NCBI GenBank assembly: GCA_009839635.1
Contig: VXPJ01000002.1
Location: 1 to 41,328 of the forward strand
Direction of reading: 5' to 3'
Source of the DNA: Pseudomonadota bacterium
GTDB taxonomy: Bacteria > Pseudomonadota > Gammaproteobacteria > UBA4575
DNA length: 41,328 nucleotides
Shown here: in pieces, positions 7,088 to 16,715 of the stretch
How the letters are laid out: every line of letters starts with the position of its first letter
How positions within the stretch are numbered: the stretch's first letter is position 1
The notes under the pieces: model-generated
Databases searched by the model: none
Seen by the model: only the letters and a program-made list of their open reading frames with translations
Told to the model about the DNA's origin: nothing
Made by a program: the position numbers and the translations under genes

Positions 7088-8161
7088 ATGGCGCAGCAGC
7101 ATCGCCCACCCATTGAGTCAGGTTGCCCGGACGGATTCCAGTACATGCATCCTGTGATGCGTAAAAATTACGGGGCCTGGGATTACCATGAGCACCCGCG
7201 TCCAGGCGTTCTGCTGCATGTGGCTGAAAACGGGGATCGCATCTGGACTGTGCGTGCAGGAACGCAGCGCATCCTGGACGTTTTCACCCTGCGCACGCTC
7301 TGTGAGATTGGCGACGAATTTGCGGAAGGTTACGTGCGCTTTACGATCCGCAGCAATATCGAATACATGGTGGCGGATGGCTCCAAAGTCCAGCCGCTGA
7401 TCGATGCCCTGGAGACGGAAGGTTTCGTGGTTGGTGGAACGAAGAATTCCGTGGCCATGATTTCACATACCCAAGGCTGGCTGCATTGTGATATTCCCGG
7501 TACGGATGCCTCCGGCGTGGTCAAGGCCATGATGGACGAATTGATCGATGAGTTCCGCGAGAACAACATGCCCAACCGGGTACACATCACGACCTCCTGT
7601 TGCCAGATCAATTGTGGTGGCCAGGGGGATATTGCGATCAATGTACAGCACACCAAGCCGCCGAAAATCAACCATGATCTGGTCTCCAATGTTTGTGAGC
7701 GCCCGTCCGTTGTGGCACGTTGCCCGGTGGCTGCGATTCGCCCCGCACAGGTGAACGGCAAGCCGTCACTTGAAGTCGACGAGAAAAAATGCATTTGCTG
7801 CGGGGCCTGTTACCCGCCTTGTCCGCCCATGCAGATCAATGATGCCGAGCACAGCCAGCTTGCGATCTGGGTGGGAGGCAATCACAGTAATGCACGCGGC
7901 AAGCCCACCTTCCAGAAGCTGGTGGCAGCGGGTATTCCCAACAATCCGCCGCGCTGGCCGGAAGCGACCGCAGTGGTCAAGCAAATCCTGCGGGCCTACC
8001 GTGATGGTGCCAGGGACTGGGAGCGTATCAATGACTGGATTGAACGTATCGGCTGGCCACGGTTTTTTGAGAGCACGGGACTTCCCTTTACCAAATTCCA
8101 CATCGATAACTGGCGTGGTGCGCGCAGGAGCCTGAATTCTTCGGCTCATATCCGTTTCTAG
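7088..8161 (+). CDS. dsrB: Dissimilatory sulfite reductase beta subunit.
   Basis: 357 aa with TSCCQINCGGQGD, CPVAAIRP and CICCGACYPPCP ferredoxin-domain motifs. Position is right after dsrA. Confidence 0.95.
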   Translation: MAQQHRPPIESGCPDGFQYMHPVMRKNYGAWDYHEHPRPGVLLHVAENGDRIWTVRAGTQRILDVFTLRTLCEIGDEFAEGYVRFTIRSNIEYMVADGSKVQPLIDALETEGFVVGGTKNSVAMISHTQGWLHCDIPGTDASGVVKAMMDELIDEFRENNMPNRVHITTSCCQINCGGQGDIAINVQHTKPPKINHDLVSNVCERPSVVARCPVAAIRPAQVNGKPSLEVDEKKCICCGACYPPCPPMQINDAEHSQLAIWVGGNHSNARGKPTFQKLVAAGIPNNPPRWPEATAVVKQILRAYRDGARDWERINDWIERIGWPRFFESTGLPFTKFHIDNWRGARRSLNSSAHIRF

Positions 8162-8176
8162 GCATGAGGGCGCAGT

Positions 8177-8569
8177 GTGAAGTTTGGAATTGTGATCAAT
8201 GAAGGACCGTACACGCACCAAGCATCTGATTCGGCCCTTCAATTTGTAAAAGCTGCCCTGCACAAGGGGCATGAGATCTTCCGGGTCTTTTTCTATCACG
8301 ACGGAGTCAACAACGGCACCAGCCTTGGCGTGCCGCCCCAGGATGACCGCAATCTCACCTTGGAATGGTCAGGCCTGGCCGAAAAGCATGACTTGGACCT
8401 GGTTGTGTGTGTGGCTGCCGCGCAGCGCCGAGGGATTCTCGATGAAGATGAAATGGGGCGACATGGCAAAAGCGCAAACAATCTGGCACCGGGCTTTCGT
8501 ATCTCAGGTCTGGGGCAACTCATCGAAGCCGGGATTCAGGCAGACCGTCTGGTCACATTCGGAGACTGA
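8177..8569 (+). CDS. dsrE: Sulfurtransferase DsrE (DsrEFH complex).
   Basis: 130 aa, GTG start. MKFGIVINEGPY..., with the active-site cysteine context DLVVCVAAAQRRG. Gene order is dsrEFH. Confidence 0.9.
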   Translation: MKFGIVINEGPYTHQASDSALQFVKAALHKGHEIFRVFFYHDGVNNGTSLGVPPQDDRNLTLEWSGLAEKHDLDLVVCVAAAQRRGILDEDEMGRHGKSANNLAPGFRISGLGQLIEAGIQADRLVTFGD

Positions 8570-8587
8570 TTTTCTAGGGGATGTCTG

Positions 8588-9007
8588 ATGGAAAACGGCG
8601 AGGGTGTAGTTAAGAAATTCTGTTATATCAACCGCAAGGCCCCATACGGAACAATCTATGCGCTGGAATCCCTGGAGGTCGTGCTTATCGCGGCCGCGTT
8701 CGACCAGGATATTAGCCTTGTGTTTGCAGATGACGGCGTATACCAGCTCACCAAGGGACAGGACACCGACGGCATCGGCATGAAGAACTTTTCCAAGACC
8801 TACACGGCACTCGGGGACTACGACATCAAGAAGGTGTATGTTGAGAAGGAGTCTCTGGAAGAACGCGGCTTGTCTGCCGAGGATCTTCAGGCGCTGAAAT
8901 ACGAGGATGAGGACGATGACTGGGCAGAAAAGGACTCGCTGTTTGTCATCGGCCGCGAAGAGATGGCCAAAATCATTGATGAACAGGATGTGATACTGAG
9001 TTTCTGA
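8588..9007 (+). CDS. dsrF: DsrF (DsrEFH complex).
   Basis: 139 aa with a DsrE/F-fold N-terminus KKFCYINRKAPYGTIYALESLEV. It has an acidic insertion, YEDEDDDWAEKD. Position is between dsrE and dsrH. Confidence 0.85.
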   Translation: MENGEGVVKKFCYINRKAPYGTIYALESLEVVLIAAAFDQDISLVFADDGVYQLTKGQDTDGIGMKNFSKTYTALGDYDIKKVYVEKESLEERGLSAEDLQALKYEDEDDDWAEKDSLFVIGREEMAKIIDEQDVILSF

Positions 9008-9015
9008 CCTCTGAC

Positions 9016-9324
9016 ATGGCAACCCTGCACACCGTAAACAAGTCCCCGTTCGAGCGTAACGCCCTGGAATCCTGCTTGCGCCTTGCCAAGGCGGGGAGTT
9101 CCGTGCTTCTGTTCGAGGATGGTGTGATCGGTGCCATGCGCGACACAAGATTCAGTGAAAAAATCACCCAGGCGATGGGCGATTTTTCGTTTTATGTCCT
9201 GGGGCCGGATATCAAGGCCCGCGGACTCAACGATGACAAGATAATCGATGGGATCCAGGTAGTCGATTATAATGGCTTTGTGGATTTGACGACGGAACAC
9301 GATACCGTTCAGTCGTGGCTGTAA
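9016..9324 (+). CDS. dsrH: DsrH (DsrEFH complex).
   Basis: 102 aa, MATLHTVNKSPFERNALESCLRLA, with the conserved cysteine near residue 20. Confidence 0.85.
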   Translation: MATLHTVNKSPFERNALESCLRLAKAGSSVLLFEDGVIGAMRDTRFSEKITQAMGDFSFYVLGPDIKARGLNDDKIIDGIQVVDYNGFVDLTTEHDTVQSWL

Positions 9325-9362
9325 AATTTGTTTAACGAACGCGAGAAAACGAGGAGAATTGC

Positions 9363-9695
9363 ATGCCTTTAGAAGTAAATGGCAAGTCCTTTGAGACTGA
9401 TGAAGAAGGGTATTTGGCCAACCTGAATGACTGGCAACCGGAACTGGCAGATGCGATGGCGGAGGCGGACGGTGCCGAGCTGGGGGAAAATCACTGGGAG
9501 GTGATTAACTTTCTGCGCTCGTACTATGAAGAGTACCAGATTGCTCCCGCAGTGCGTGTCCTGACCAAGGCAATTGGCAAGAAACTGGGCAAGGACAAGG
9601 GTAACAGCAAGTATTTGTACGAGTTGTTTCCTTACGGCCCTGCGAAGCAGGCGTGTAAGTATGCGGGCCTGCCCAAGCCGACGGGTTGCGTGTAG
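9363..9695 (+). CDS. dsrC: DsrC, the sulfur-carrier / DsrAB substrate protein.
   Basis: 110 aa ending KQACKYAGLPKPTGCV. Both the penultimate cysteine and the cysteine 10 residues upstream are present. Confidence 0.95.
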   Translation: MPLEVNGKSFETDEEGYLANLNDWQPELADAMAEADGAELGENHWEVINFLRSYYEEYQIAPAVRVLTKAIGKKLGKDKGNSKYLYELFPYGPAKQACKYAGLPKPTGCV

Positions 9696-9725
9696 GTATA
9701 CTGAGCCTTGACAAGGCAAATGGCT

Positions 9726-9752
9726 GAAAGGTAAAGCCGCCTTTCTTCTTTG
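9726..9752 (+). terminator. Stem-loop plus a U-rich tract after dsrC; possible partial terminator or attenuator.
   Basis: GAAAGG (9726-9731), loop taaagccg, CCTTTC (9740-9745), then TTCTTTG. The stem is only 6 bp and the U-tract is interrupted. Confidence 0.3.
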
Positions 9753-9802
9753 CATCGGGACCATATTCATGCCGGGTGTGAAGGGCCAAGAAACCTTGAT
9801 AG

Positions 9803-10543
9803 ATGTCAGTCATAACGATCGTCTTTGCAGTCCTGTTTTATGTGGCTACCGCCATATTGCTGGTATTTACTGCACATAAAATCTGGCAGTACGCCAAAAC
9901 ACCCGCACCTTTGAAAATACCCACAACGCCCGCGCCCACTACGCGCAGCGGCGTTGTGTTCCGGATGATCAAGGAACTCACGATATTCGAAAGCCTGTTC
10001 AAGGCAAATAAGTGGACTTGGCTGTTTGGGTGGATGTTTCATTTTGGACTGCTTCTGGTCCTGCTAAGGCATTTGCGTTACTTCACGGACCCGGTCTGGG
10101 GCTGGGTGGTCTTTTTGCAGCCGTTTGGGAAATACGCCGCCTTCATGATGCTGGCGGGACTGGCCGGTTTATGGGCCAGAAGAATTTTTGTAGACCGTGT
10201 TCGCTATATCTCTGCGCCCTCGGATCACCTCATGCTGTTGCTGCTGATCGCAATCGGGGTCACCGGCGCACTGATGACCTTTGTGGAGCACACCGACATC
10301 GTTGCACTGAAGGCGTTTTTCCTGGGACTTTTCGTGTTCAACTGGTCTGCGCTGCCTGCTGACCCGATCCTGATCGTGCATTTGAGCTTGGTGATCCTGT
10401 TGATGATCATTTTCCCGTTCAGCAAGCTCTTGCATGCTCCGGGTGTGTTCTTCAGCCCTACCCGGAACCAGGTGGACAACCCTCGCGAACGTCGCCACGT
10501 AGCGAACTGGGCTGCGAGGCTTGAGTCAACGAAGACAGGTTAG
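9803..10543 (+). CDS. dsrM: DsrM, the NarI-like membrane dihaem b-type cytochrome of DsrMKJOP.
   Basis: 246 aa with about 5 hydrophobic helices carrying conserved His residues. It lies immediately upstream of dsrK with a 2-nt gap. Confidence 0.85.
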   Translation: MSVITIVFAVLFYVATAILLVFTAHKIWQYAKTPAPLKIPTTPAPTTRSGVVFRMIKELTIFESLFKANKWTWLFGWMFHFGLLLVLLRHLRYFTDPVWGWVVFLQPFGKYAAFMMLAGLAGLWARRIFVDRVRYISAPSDHLMLLLLIAIGVTGALMTFVEHTDIVALKAFFLGLFVFNWSALPADPILIVHLSLVILLMIIFPFSKLLHAPGVFFSPTRNQVDNPRERRHVANWAARLESTKTG

Positions 10544-10545
10544 CC

Positions 10546-12099
10546 ATGGCTGCTGCAGAATTTGAAACTCCGAAGATCAGGGAGTATCCGATAATTCCCC
10601 GTTTGCAGGAAGGTGTCATGGCGCACAGCAAGCCGTTTGTTGCCAAGCCTGACTTCCAGGAAAAACTCGGCTATCCGGGTGAACTGGTCGATAACTGGAA
10701 AGAAGTTGCCATTGAAAAGATGGGCGAACTCACGGGCAAGTACCGTTCGCTGCAGGTATTTCTGGATTCCTGCGTCAAGTGTGGCGCCTGTACGGACAAG
10801 TGCCACTACTACCTGGGCACGACTGACCCAAAAAACATGCCGGTGGCACGCCAGGATTTGTTCCGCAAAGTGTACCGGCGCTACTACACGCTTTCCGGCA
10901 AGCTATTTCCAAAGCTTGTGGGCGCCGAGGACTTGACCGAGGAAGTCCTGGATGACTGGTACAGCTATTTTCATCAATGTTCACAGTGCAGGCGGTGTTC
11001 CGTGTATTGTCCCTACGGAATTGACACTGCAGAAATCTCCATGGCCGCACGTGAGGTCATGGATGCTGTAGGCAAGGGACAGAAATACTGCAATGAAATC
11101 ATCGGCAAGGTCCACGTGATAGGCAACAATCTGGGCCTGCCGGAACCGGCCCTGGCGGACACGCTGGAAGGTCTGGAAGAGGACGTTGAAGAGGAAACCG
11201 GTGTTCAGGTCCGCTTCCCCCTGGATGAGAAGGGCGCCGAAGTGCTGCTGGTAACCCCGTCTGCCGATTTTTTTGCAGAGCCACATATTGACGGGCTGAT
11301 CGGTTACGCAAAAGTGTTTCATCAGGCAGGCATATCCTGGACGCTGAGTTCCTATGCCAGTGAGGCTGCAAACTTTGGCATGTTCATTGGCAGCTATGAG
11401 AACATGCAAAAACTCGCCTTGCGGATTCGCCAGGCTGCACTGGACCTGGGTGTGAAGCGGATTGTATTTGGCGAATGCGGGCATGCCTGGCGGGTGGCCT
11501 ATTCTTTTTTGAACACCCTGGCTGGCCCCTTTGACTTCCTTGATCCGGATTATCCTGTACCACAGCATATCTGCGAGGTAACGCACAGCCTGATCCAGCA
11601 AGGGAAGCTAACCCTTGACCCGTCACAAAATGACGACATGGTGCTCACCTACCATGATTCCTGCAATGTGGCACGTGCATCCCGTATGGGAGACAGGCCG
11701 GGCGGCCAGTTTGAAATCCCGAGAGAGGTGATCAGGTCCGTATGCAACCACTATGTGGACATGCCAAGCTACTCCATTGGTGAAGGCACCTATTGCTGCG
11801 GCGGCGGCGGAGGATTGCTGACCGATGACTTGATTGAGTTGCGTGTCAAAGGCGCATTGCCGCGTATGGAAGCCCTCAAGAATGTTGTCGATGATTACGG
11901 CGTGACCCACATGGCAGCGATGTGTGCGATCTGCAAAAGCCAGTTTTCCAAAGTGTTCCCGTACTATGATTTCCAGATGGATCAGGTCGTCAGCGTGCAC
12001 CAGCTCGTGGGCAATGCGATCGTGCTGCAGCCTGAAGAGGAAAATCGGTCAGAGGCAGATCAATCAGAGGAAGCGCAGGATCAGGCTGAAGCTGCCTGA
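10546..12099 (+). CDS. dsrK: DsrK, an HdrD-like Fe-S protein with CCG domains.
   Basis: CVKCGACTDKC and CSQCRRCSVYCP ferredoxin motifs, a CCG motif (GTYCCGGGGG), and CAICK. It has an acidic C-terminal tail. Confidence 0.9.
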   Translation: MAAAEFETPKIREYPIIPRLQEGVMAHSKPFVAKPDFQEKLGYPGELVDNWKEVAIEKMGELTGKYRSLQVFLDSCVKCGACTDKCHYYLGTTDPKNMPVARQDLFRKVYRRYYTLSGKLFPKLVGAEDLTEEVLDDWYSYFHQCSQCRRCSVYCPYGIDTAEISMAAREVMDAVGKGQKYCNEIIGKVHVIGNNLGLPEPALADTLEGLEEDVEEETGVQVRFPLDEKGAEVLLVTPSADFFAEPHIDGLIGYAKVFHQAGISWTLSSYASEAANFGMFIGSYENMQKLALRIRQAALDLGVKRIVFGECGHAWRVAYSFLNTLAGPFDFLDPDYPVPQHICEVTHSLIQQGKLTLDPSQNDDMVLTYHDSCNVARASRMGDRPGGQFEIPREVIRSVCNHYVDMPSYSIGEGTYCCGGGGGLLTDDLIELRVKGALPRMEALKNVVDDYGVTHMAAMCAICKSQFSKVFPYYDFQMDQVVSVHQLVGNAIVLQPEEENRSEADQSEEAQDQAEAA

Positions 12100-12142
12100 G
12101 CCAGCTGACCGTTCACTCATGACTGCACCCAAGTGACGCGCC

Positions 12143-12631
12143 TTGAAAAGGATCCCCGCCCACCGTTTGCTGTTCAGCCTTGCTGGTATTGCAGCTGTCT
12201 GCATGCTCATGTTCGGGACCGTTGCAGCTGGCCCGGAAAACATCCCGCCACCCAAGGCAAAATACGATGAAGATACTCTTTGTGTGGAGCCTGTTGAGAT
12301 CATGCGAAGACAGCATTTCGAATACATCCTCGACCACAGGGACCGGACAGTGATCGAAGGAATCCGCACAAAAAAGCACAGCCTGATCGGTTGCATTGAC
12401 TGCCACATCACGCCGAACGACGAGGGAGTTTATGCGCGCTATTCGCAAGAGACACACTTTTGCGCAAGCTGCCATCAATTTGCCGCGGTGCGTATCGATT
12501 GCTTCCAGTGTCATGCCGACCGTCCTGCAGAAGCGATACGCGAGGCACTAAAGCCGGACCAGCATGCACGACGGCCTGTGCAGGAACTTCTTGAGACTCT
12601 ACAGTTCAGCACTGCTGTCTTCACCAAATGA
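12143..12631 (+). CDS. dsrJ: DsrJ, a periplasmic trihaem cytochrome c.
   Basis: Three CxxCH motifs (CIDCH, CASCH, CFQCH) and a signal-anchor-like N-terminus. The TTG start is uncertain. Confidence 0.85.
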   Translation: MKRIPAHRLLFSLAGIAAVCMLMFGTVAAGPENIPPPKAKYDEDTLCVEPVEIMRRQHFEYILDHRDRTVIEGIRTKKHSLIGCIDCHITPNDEGVYARYSQETHFCASCHQFAAVRIDCFQCHADRPAEAIREALKPDQHARRPVQELLETLQFSTAVFTK

Positions 12632-12652
12632 CCGCTGGGAACCGGATTTGTC

Positions 12653-13411
12653 ATGCGCGATACACTCGATACAACTGAGGAAATCAGCACCGGGCGGCGG
12701 CAATTCACACAGGGTGTGGCAGCCTTGGGAGGACTGGCCATTGCTCCAGGTGTCTTTCTGTATCACGCCGCAGGTGCGAAGCCCGATGACCAGGCTGTAA
12801 GCAGCCAGCAGCGCTGGGGCATGCTGGTCAATACGAATAACTGTCATGAAGAATGCGACGCGTGTGTGACTGCTTGCAATGAGGAAAACGGCGTGTGGAG
12901 CCTGGGCCGTCCGGAAACCGACGCCCAGTGGATTCGCAAGCTGAATGTCAGGGACAGGCAGACCGGCCACGTTACATCCATGCCGATGATGTGTCAGCAT
13001 TGCGAACACCCCCCGTGTGTTGACGTATGCCCGACCCGCGCCTCCTTCCGCCGAGAAGACGGAATTGTACTGGTCAACAAGCACACCTGTATCGGTTGCC
13101 GATATTGCATGATGGCATGCCCCTACAAGGCGCGTTCCTTCATCCACGAGCCGTTACAGGATCAATTGCCTCATTCGCCCCGGGGCAAGGGATGTGTGGA
13201 AAGCTGTACTCTGTGCGTGCACAAGGTGGACCAGGGAGACAACACTACGGCCTGTGCCGAGGCCTGTGCGGAAGAAGGGCATGAGGCACTCTTGTTTGGC
13301 GACCTGAACGATCCTGAAAGCGAAATATCAAAACGGCTGGAAAAATACGGCGGCACGCAGATCCGTGCAGACCTGGGACTCAACACAGGAGTCCGCTACC
13401 AGGGAATTTGA
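12653..13411 (+). CDS. dsrO: DsrO, a periplasmic 4Fe-4S ferredoxin-like subunit exported by Tat.
   Basis: Twin-arginine motif GRRQFTQGVAALGG, plus CQHCEHPPCVDVCP, CIGCRYCMMACP and CTLCVHK. Confidence 0.9.
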   Translation: MRDTLDTTEEISTGRRQFTQGVAALGGLAIAPGVFLYHAAGAKPDDQAVSSQQRWGMLVNTNNCHEECDACVTACNEENGVWSLGRPETDAQWIRKLNVRDRQTGHVTSMPMMCQHCEHPPCVDVCPTRASFRREDGIVLVNKHTCIGCRYCMMACPYKARSFIHEPLQDQLPHSPRGKGCVESCTLCVHKVDQGDNTTACAEACAEEGHEALLFGDLNDPESEISKRLEKYGGTQIRADLGLNTGVRYQGI

Positions 13412-13431
13412 GATGAGCTTTCCGAAAACCC

Positions 13432-14667
13432 GTGATACCGAGTAAGGCTGCAGGCATGGAAACCGCCCGTTTCAGCACCATCCACGCAAATTCCGTTCAG
13501 TACTGGATCTTGCTGGGCACGCTGGTTCTCGGCGCGCTGGTCGGATACTTGGCCGCACATCACATGGATGTGGAAGGGCACCACATCACCGGCATGAGCA
13601 ACCAGATTGTGTGGGGCTTCCCGCATGTAGCTGCGGTCTTTTTGATCGTGGCTGCTTCCGGTGCACTCAATGTGGCGTCCATCTCCTCCGTATTCGGGAA
13701 AGTGGACTACAAGCCGCTTGCGCGGTTGTCTGCTCTCCTTGCAATTGCACTGCTGGTGGGCGGGCTGGTAATACTGGTTCTGGACCTGGGTCGACCGGAT
13801 CGCTTGATCATTGCCATGACGGTCTACAACTTCAAGTCCATCTTTGCCTGGAATATCTTTTTGTATGTGGGCTTCATTTTCATCACCGCGATATATTTGT
13901 GGATGATGATGGAAAGAAAAATGAACCGGTTTTCCAAGCCGGCCGGATTTACCGCATTCATCTGGAGACTGATCCTTACGACAGGTACCGGGTCAATTTT
14001 CGGGTTCCTGGTGGCACGTCAGGCATACGATGCAGCCATCATGGCACCGTTGTTTATCATCATGTCGTTTGCCTTTGGCCTTGCAGTTTTCATCCTGGTA
14101 CTGCAGGCAAGCTATGCATGGACGCAGCGCCACCTTGGTGATGCCATCCTGCACAAGCTCAGGGTCCTGCTGGGAGTTTTCGTCGCTTCGGTATTCTATT
14201 TCGTTCTGGTATACCACCTGACGAACCTGTATGCCACGGAGCATCATGGCGTCGAGCGCTTTATCCTGGTTGATGGCGGTATCTACACGTTCCTGTTCTG
14301 GGTGGTCCAGATGCTGTTTGGTTGTGTGGTGCCGCTTGTGCTGGTTTTCATAAGGCCGTTCAGTCAGTCAAGACATATGATCTCGCTGGCGGCTTTGCTG
14401 GTGATTGTGGGAGGACTTGCCCAGTTGTATGTGATCATTATCGGCGGCCAAGCCTACCCTCTAGTACTCTTCCCAGGCATGGAGGAAAGCAGCAGTTTTT
14501 TTGATGGCGTGGTCGCGCAGTATGCCCCCAGCATTTTTGAGATCCTGCTTGGTGTGGGAGGAATCTGCCTGTCATTGGCCATCGTTACGGTGGGCATTGC
14601 CGTGCTTGAGTTTCTGCCCGAAAGTCTGTCGGACAAGGCGCTCAAACTGGAATCCGTGACCCCATAG
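13432..14667 (+). CDS. dsrP: DsrP, an NrfD/PsrC-like integral membrane subunit.
   Basis: 411 aa and highly hydrophobic, with about 10 helices. It follows dsrO. Start is either the GTG at 13432 or the ATG at 13456. Confidence 0.85.
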   Translation: MIPSKAAGMETARFSTIHANSVQYWILLGTLVLGALVGYLAAHHMDVEGHHITGMSNQIVWGFPHVAAVFLIVAASGALNVASISSVFGKVDYKPLARLSALLAIALLVGGLVILVLDLGRPDRLIIAMTVYNFKSIFAWNIFLYVGFIFITAIYLWMMMERKMNRFSKPAGFTAFIWRLILTTGTGSIFGFLVARQAYDAAIMAPLFIIMSFAFGLAVFILVLQASYAWTQRHLGDAILHKLRVLLGVFVASVFYFVLVYHLTNLYATEHHGVERFILVDGGIYTFLFWVVQMLFGCVVPLVLVFIRPFSQSRHMISLAALLVIVGGLAQLYVIIIGGQAYPLVLFPGMEESSSFFDGVVAQYAPSIFEILLGVGGICLSLAIVTVGIAVLEFLPESLSDKALKLESVTP

Positions 14668-14708
14668 CGGATTCCGGGCTATTCTCGTGAAGAGGCGCGC
14701 ATAGCATC

Positions 14709-16073
14709 ATGGCATCCGTCCTGATTTCAGCCGCCCACAAATCCTCGGGCAAAACCATCCTGAGCATCGGCATCAGTGAGGCCCTGCACCGCCGCGGCAT
14801 GAAAGTGCAAACCTTCAAGAAGGGCCCGGACTACATTGACCCAATGTGGTTGTCCCGGGCATCGCAACGCAACTGCTACAACCTCGATTTCTGGACGCAG
14901 ACCGAGGCCGAGATCGTCTCCATGTTTGAAAACCGGAAACGGGATGCAGACATTGCCATCATTGAAGGCAACAAGGGCTTGCATGATGGCCTGAGTGAAG
15001 ATGGTCGCGACAGCAATGCCGCTCTGGCAAAACTGCTCAAGACTCCGGTGATACTGGCACTTGATACACGCGGCACGATCCGCGGGGTTGCCCCCCTCGT
15101 GCTGGGGTACCAGCAGTTTGACTCGAACGCAAGAATTGCCGGAGTCATTTTGAATCTGGTCGGCGGCGACCGGCATGCAGCCAAATTGACGAACGTCATC
15201 GAGCAGTACACGGATATTCCTGTGCTGGGCACGGTATACCGCAACAAAAAACTCGAGCTGGTAGAACGTTATCTGGGCCTGAGGCCGAGCAACGAGGATC
15301 ATCTTGCTGACCAGCACATCATGGATATTTCCAAAATCGTTGAAGATCAGGTTGATCTCGATCAGGTTGCAGCGGTTGCAGATTTTGCGCAGCCCCTCAT
15401 ATCGCAGCCCGAAGAGCCGGATACAGACATGCAAGATTACGGGCTGAGGATCGCCTATGCCAGGGATGAAGCCTTTGGGTTTTACTATGCAGATGATCTG
15501 GACACCTTTTCACAACTCGGGGTACAACTGCTGCCATTTGACACATTGCGTGACAGCACTCCCCCTGAAGCGGATGCACTGTTTATCGGCGGAGGTTTTC
15601 CGGAAAAGAACATGCACAGGCTTTCTGCCAACGTGCCCATGATGCAGGCTGTGCGGAATGCCATAGAAAAAGGACTTCCCGCATACGCCGAATGTGGCGG
15701 ACTGATGTATCTCTGCAATTCGATACGGTTTGATTCCGAGAGATGTGCGATGGTGGGTATTATCGATGCAGACTGTGAGATGCATGAAAATCCCGCAGGA
15801 CGCGGCTACACGATGCTGCAAAAAAGTTCCCGGCACCCATGGCCCAGTACTTCCCAGCAGAGCATTCCGGGGCATGAGTTCCATTACTCCACGCTCACAA
15901 ACATGACCGATCAATACGATTATTCTTTTGAAGTCAGGCGCGGCTTTGGAATCGATGGACAAAACGATGGCATACGCTATAAAAACCTGCTGGCCTGCTA
16001 CGCCCACCAAAGAAATACGGAAAGGAATCAATGGATTCCAGATTTTCTTCACTTTATAAAAACCTGTACCTGA
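14709..16073 (+). CDS. dsrN: DsrN, a cobyrinic acid a,c-diamide synthase-like sirohaem amidase.
   Basis: CbiA/CobB-like N-terminal nucleotide loop ISAAHKSSGKT and C-terminal glutamine-amidotransferase cysteine AECGGLMYL. Position is after dsrP. Confidence 0.85.
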   Translation: MASVLISAAHKSSGKTILSIGISEALHRRGMKVQTFKKGPDYIDPMWLSRASQRNCYNLDFWTQTEAEIVSMFENRKRDADIAIIEGNKGLHDGLSEDGRDSNAALAKLLKTPVILALDTRGTIRGVAPLVLGYQQFDSNARIAGVILNLVGGDRHAAKLTNVIEQYTDIPVLGTVYRNKKLELVERYLGLRPSNEDHLADQHIMDISKIVEDQVDLDQVAAVADFAQPLISQPEEPDTDMQDYGLRIAYARDEAFGFYYADDLDTFSQLGVQLLPFDTLRDSTPPEADALFIGGGFPEKNMHRLSANVPMMQAVRNAIEKGLPAYAECGGLMYLCNSIRFDSERCAMVGIIDADCEMHENPAGRGYTMLQKSSRHPWPSTSQQSIPGHEFHYSTLTNMTDQYDYSFEVRRGFGIDGQNDGIRYKNLLACYAHQRNTERNQWIPDFLHFIKTCT

Positions 16074-16131
16074 GGATGGGCTACAATCTGCTCTCTTCAG
16101 GCCAGGCCATACAAATTTTCGGATACACGGC

Positions 16132-16458
16132 ATGCCCGTAAAAATGACAAAAACTGCTGCTGACCAAGTCAGGAAATCTGCGCTTGAGGCAAAAATGGAT
16201 AATACTCCGTTGCGTGTTGCAGCCACCCGCAATGCGGATAACTCCATCCATTACGGGCTGGGGTTTGATGATGTGGGCAGTGGTAGTGAAAAGGACCATT
16301 GTTTCGAGTCCAACGGGATTGAACTTGTAGTGGCTGAGTCCAGCTTGGGTTTACTGGATGGCACAACGATTGACTTCGTTGAACTGGAGCCCAAACAGTT
16401 CCACTTTGTGTTTCTAAATCCCAATGATCCGAACTACTCGCCACCCGAACAGGAATAG
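16132..16458 (+). CDS. dsrR: DsrR, an IscA/HesB-like protein lacking the cluster-binding cysteines.
   Basis: 108 aa with an A-type-carrier-like sequence (TAADQVRK...LRVAATRN...GLGFDD...IDFVE...FVFLNPN). It has no C-terminal CGC motif. Position is after dsrN. Confidence 0.75.
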   Translation: MPVKMTKTAADQVRKSALEAKMDNTPLRVAATRNADNSIHYGLGFDDVGSGSEKDHCFESNGIELVVAESSLGLLDGTTIDFVELEPKQFHFVFLNPNDPNYSPPEQE

Positions 16459-16715
16459 GGATGCCGGGTTACTCTGGCGGTAGACTCACTTCACAAATCA
16501 ATGTGCCTTCGAACGTGCACGACCTGACCCGCGTAAAGTAAAAAATCTCTTGAGCGGTTTGCTTCCCGTTTGAACTTGATTTTCCTGACTTGAACCCCAG
16601 CTGAAAGATCTTCGTGTAATCCTTGGGTCGCGCGTTGACTGGGTGTCGGCTTTTGTTCAGCATAAAGTCCTAATACTGGTAAAGTAGCAGTCAGCGATAA
16701 CGCATACGACCCAAT

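Noticed and set aside
16469-16663. 64-aa basic ORF on the minus strand in the dsrR-kinase intergenic region; it has a weak AGGA 4 nt before the ATG.
   Set aside because: No recognisable family, an odd composition, and it lies in what is more plausibly the promoter region of the kinase. It is not supportable without conservation data.
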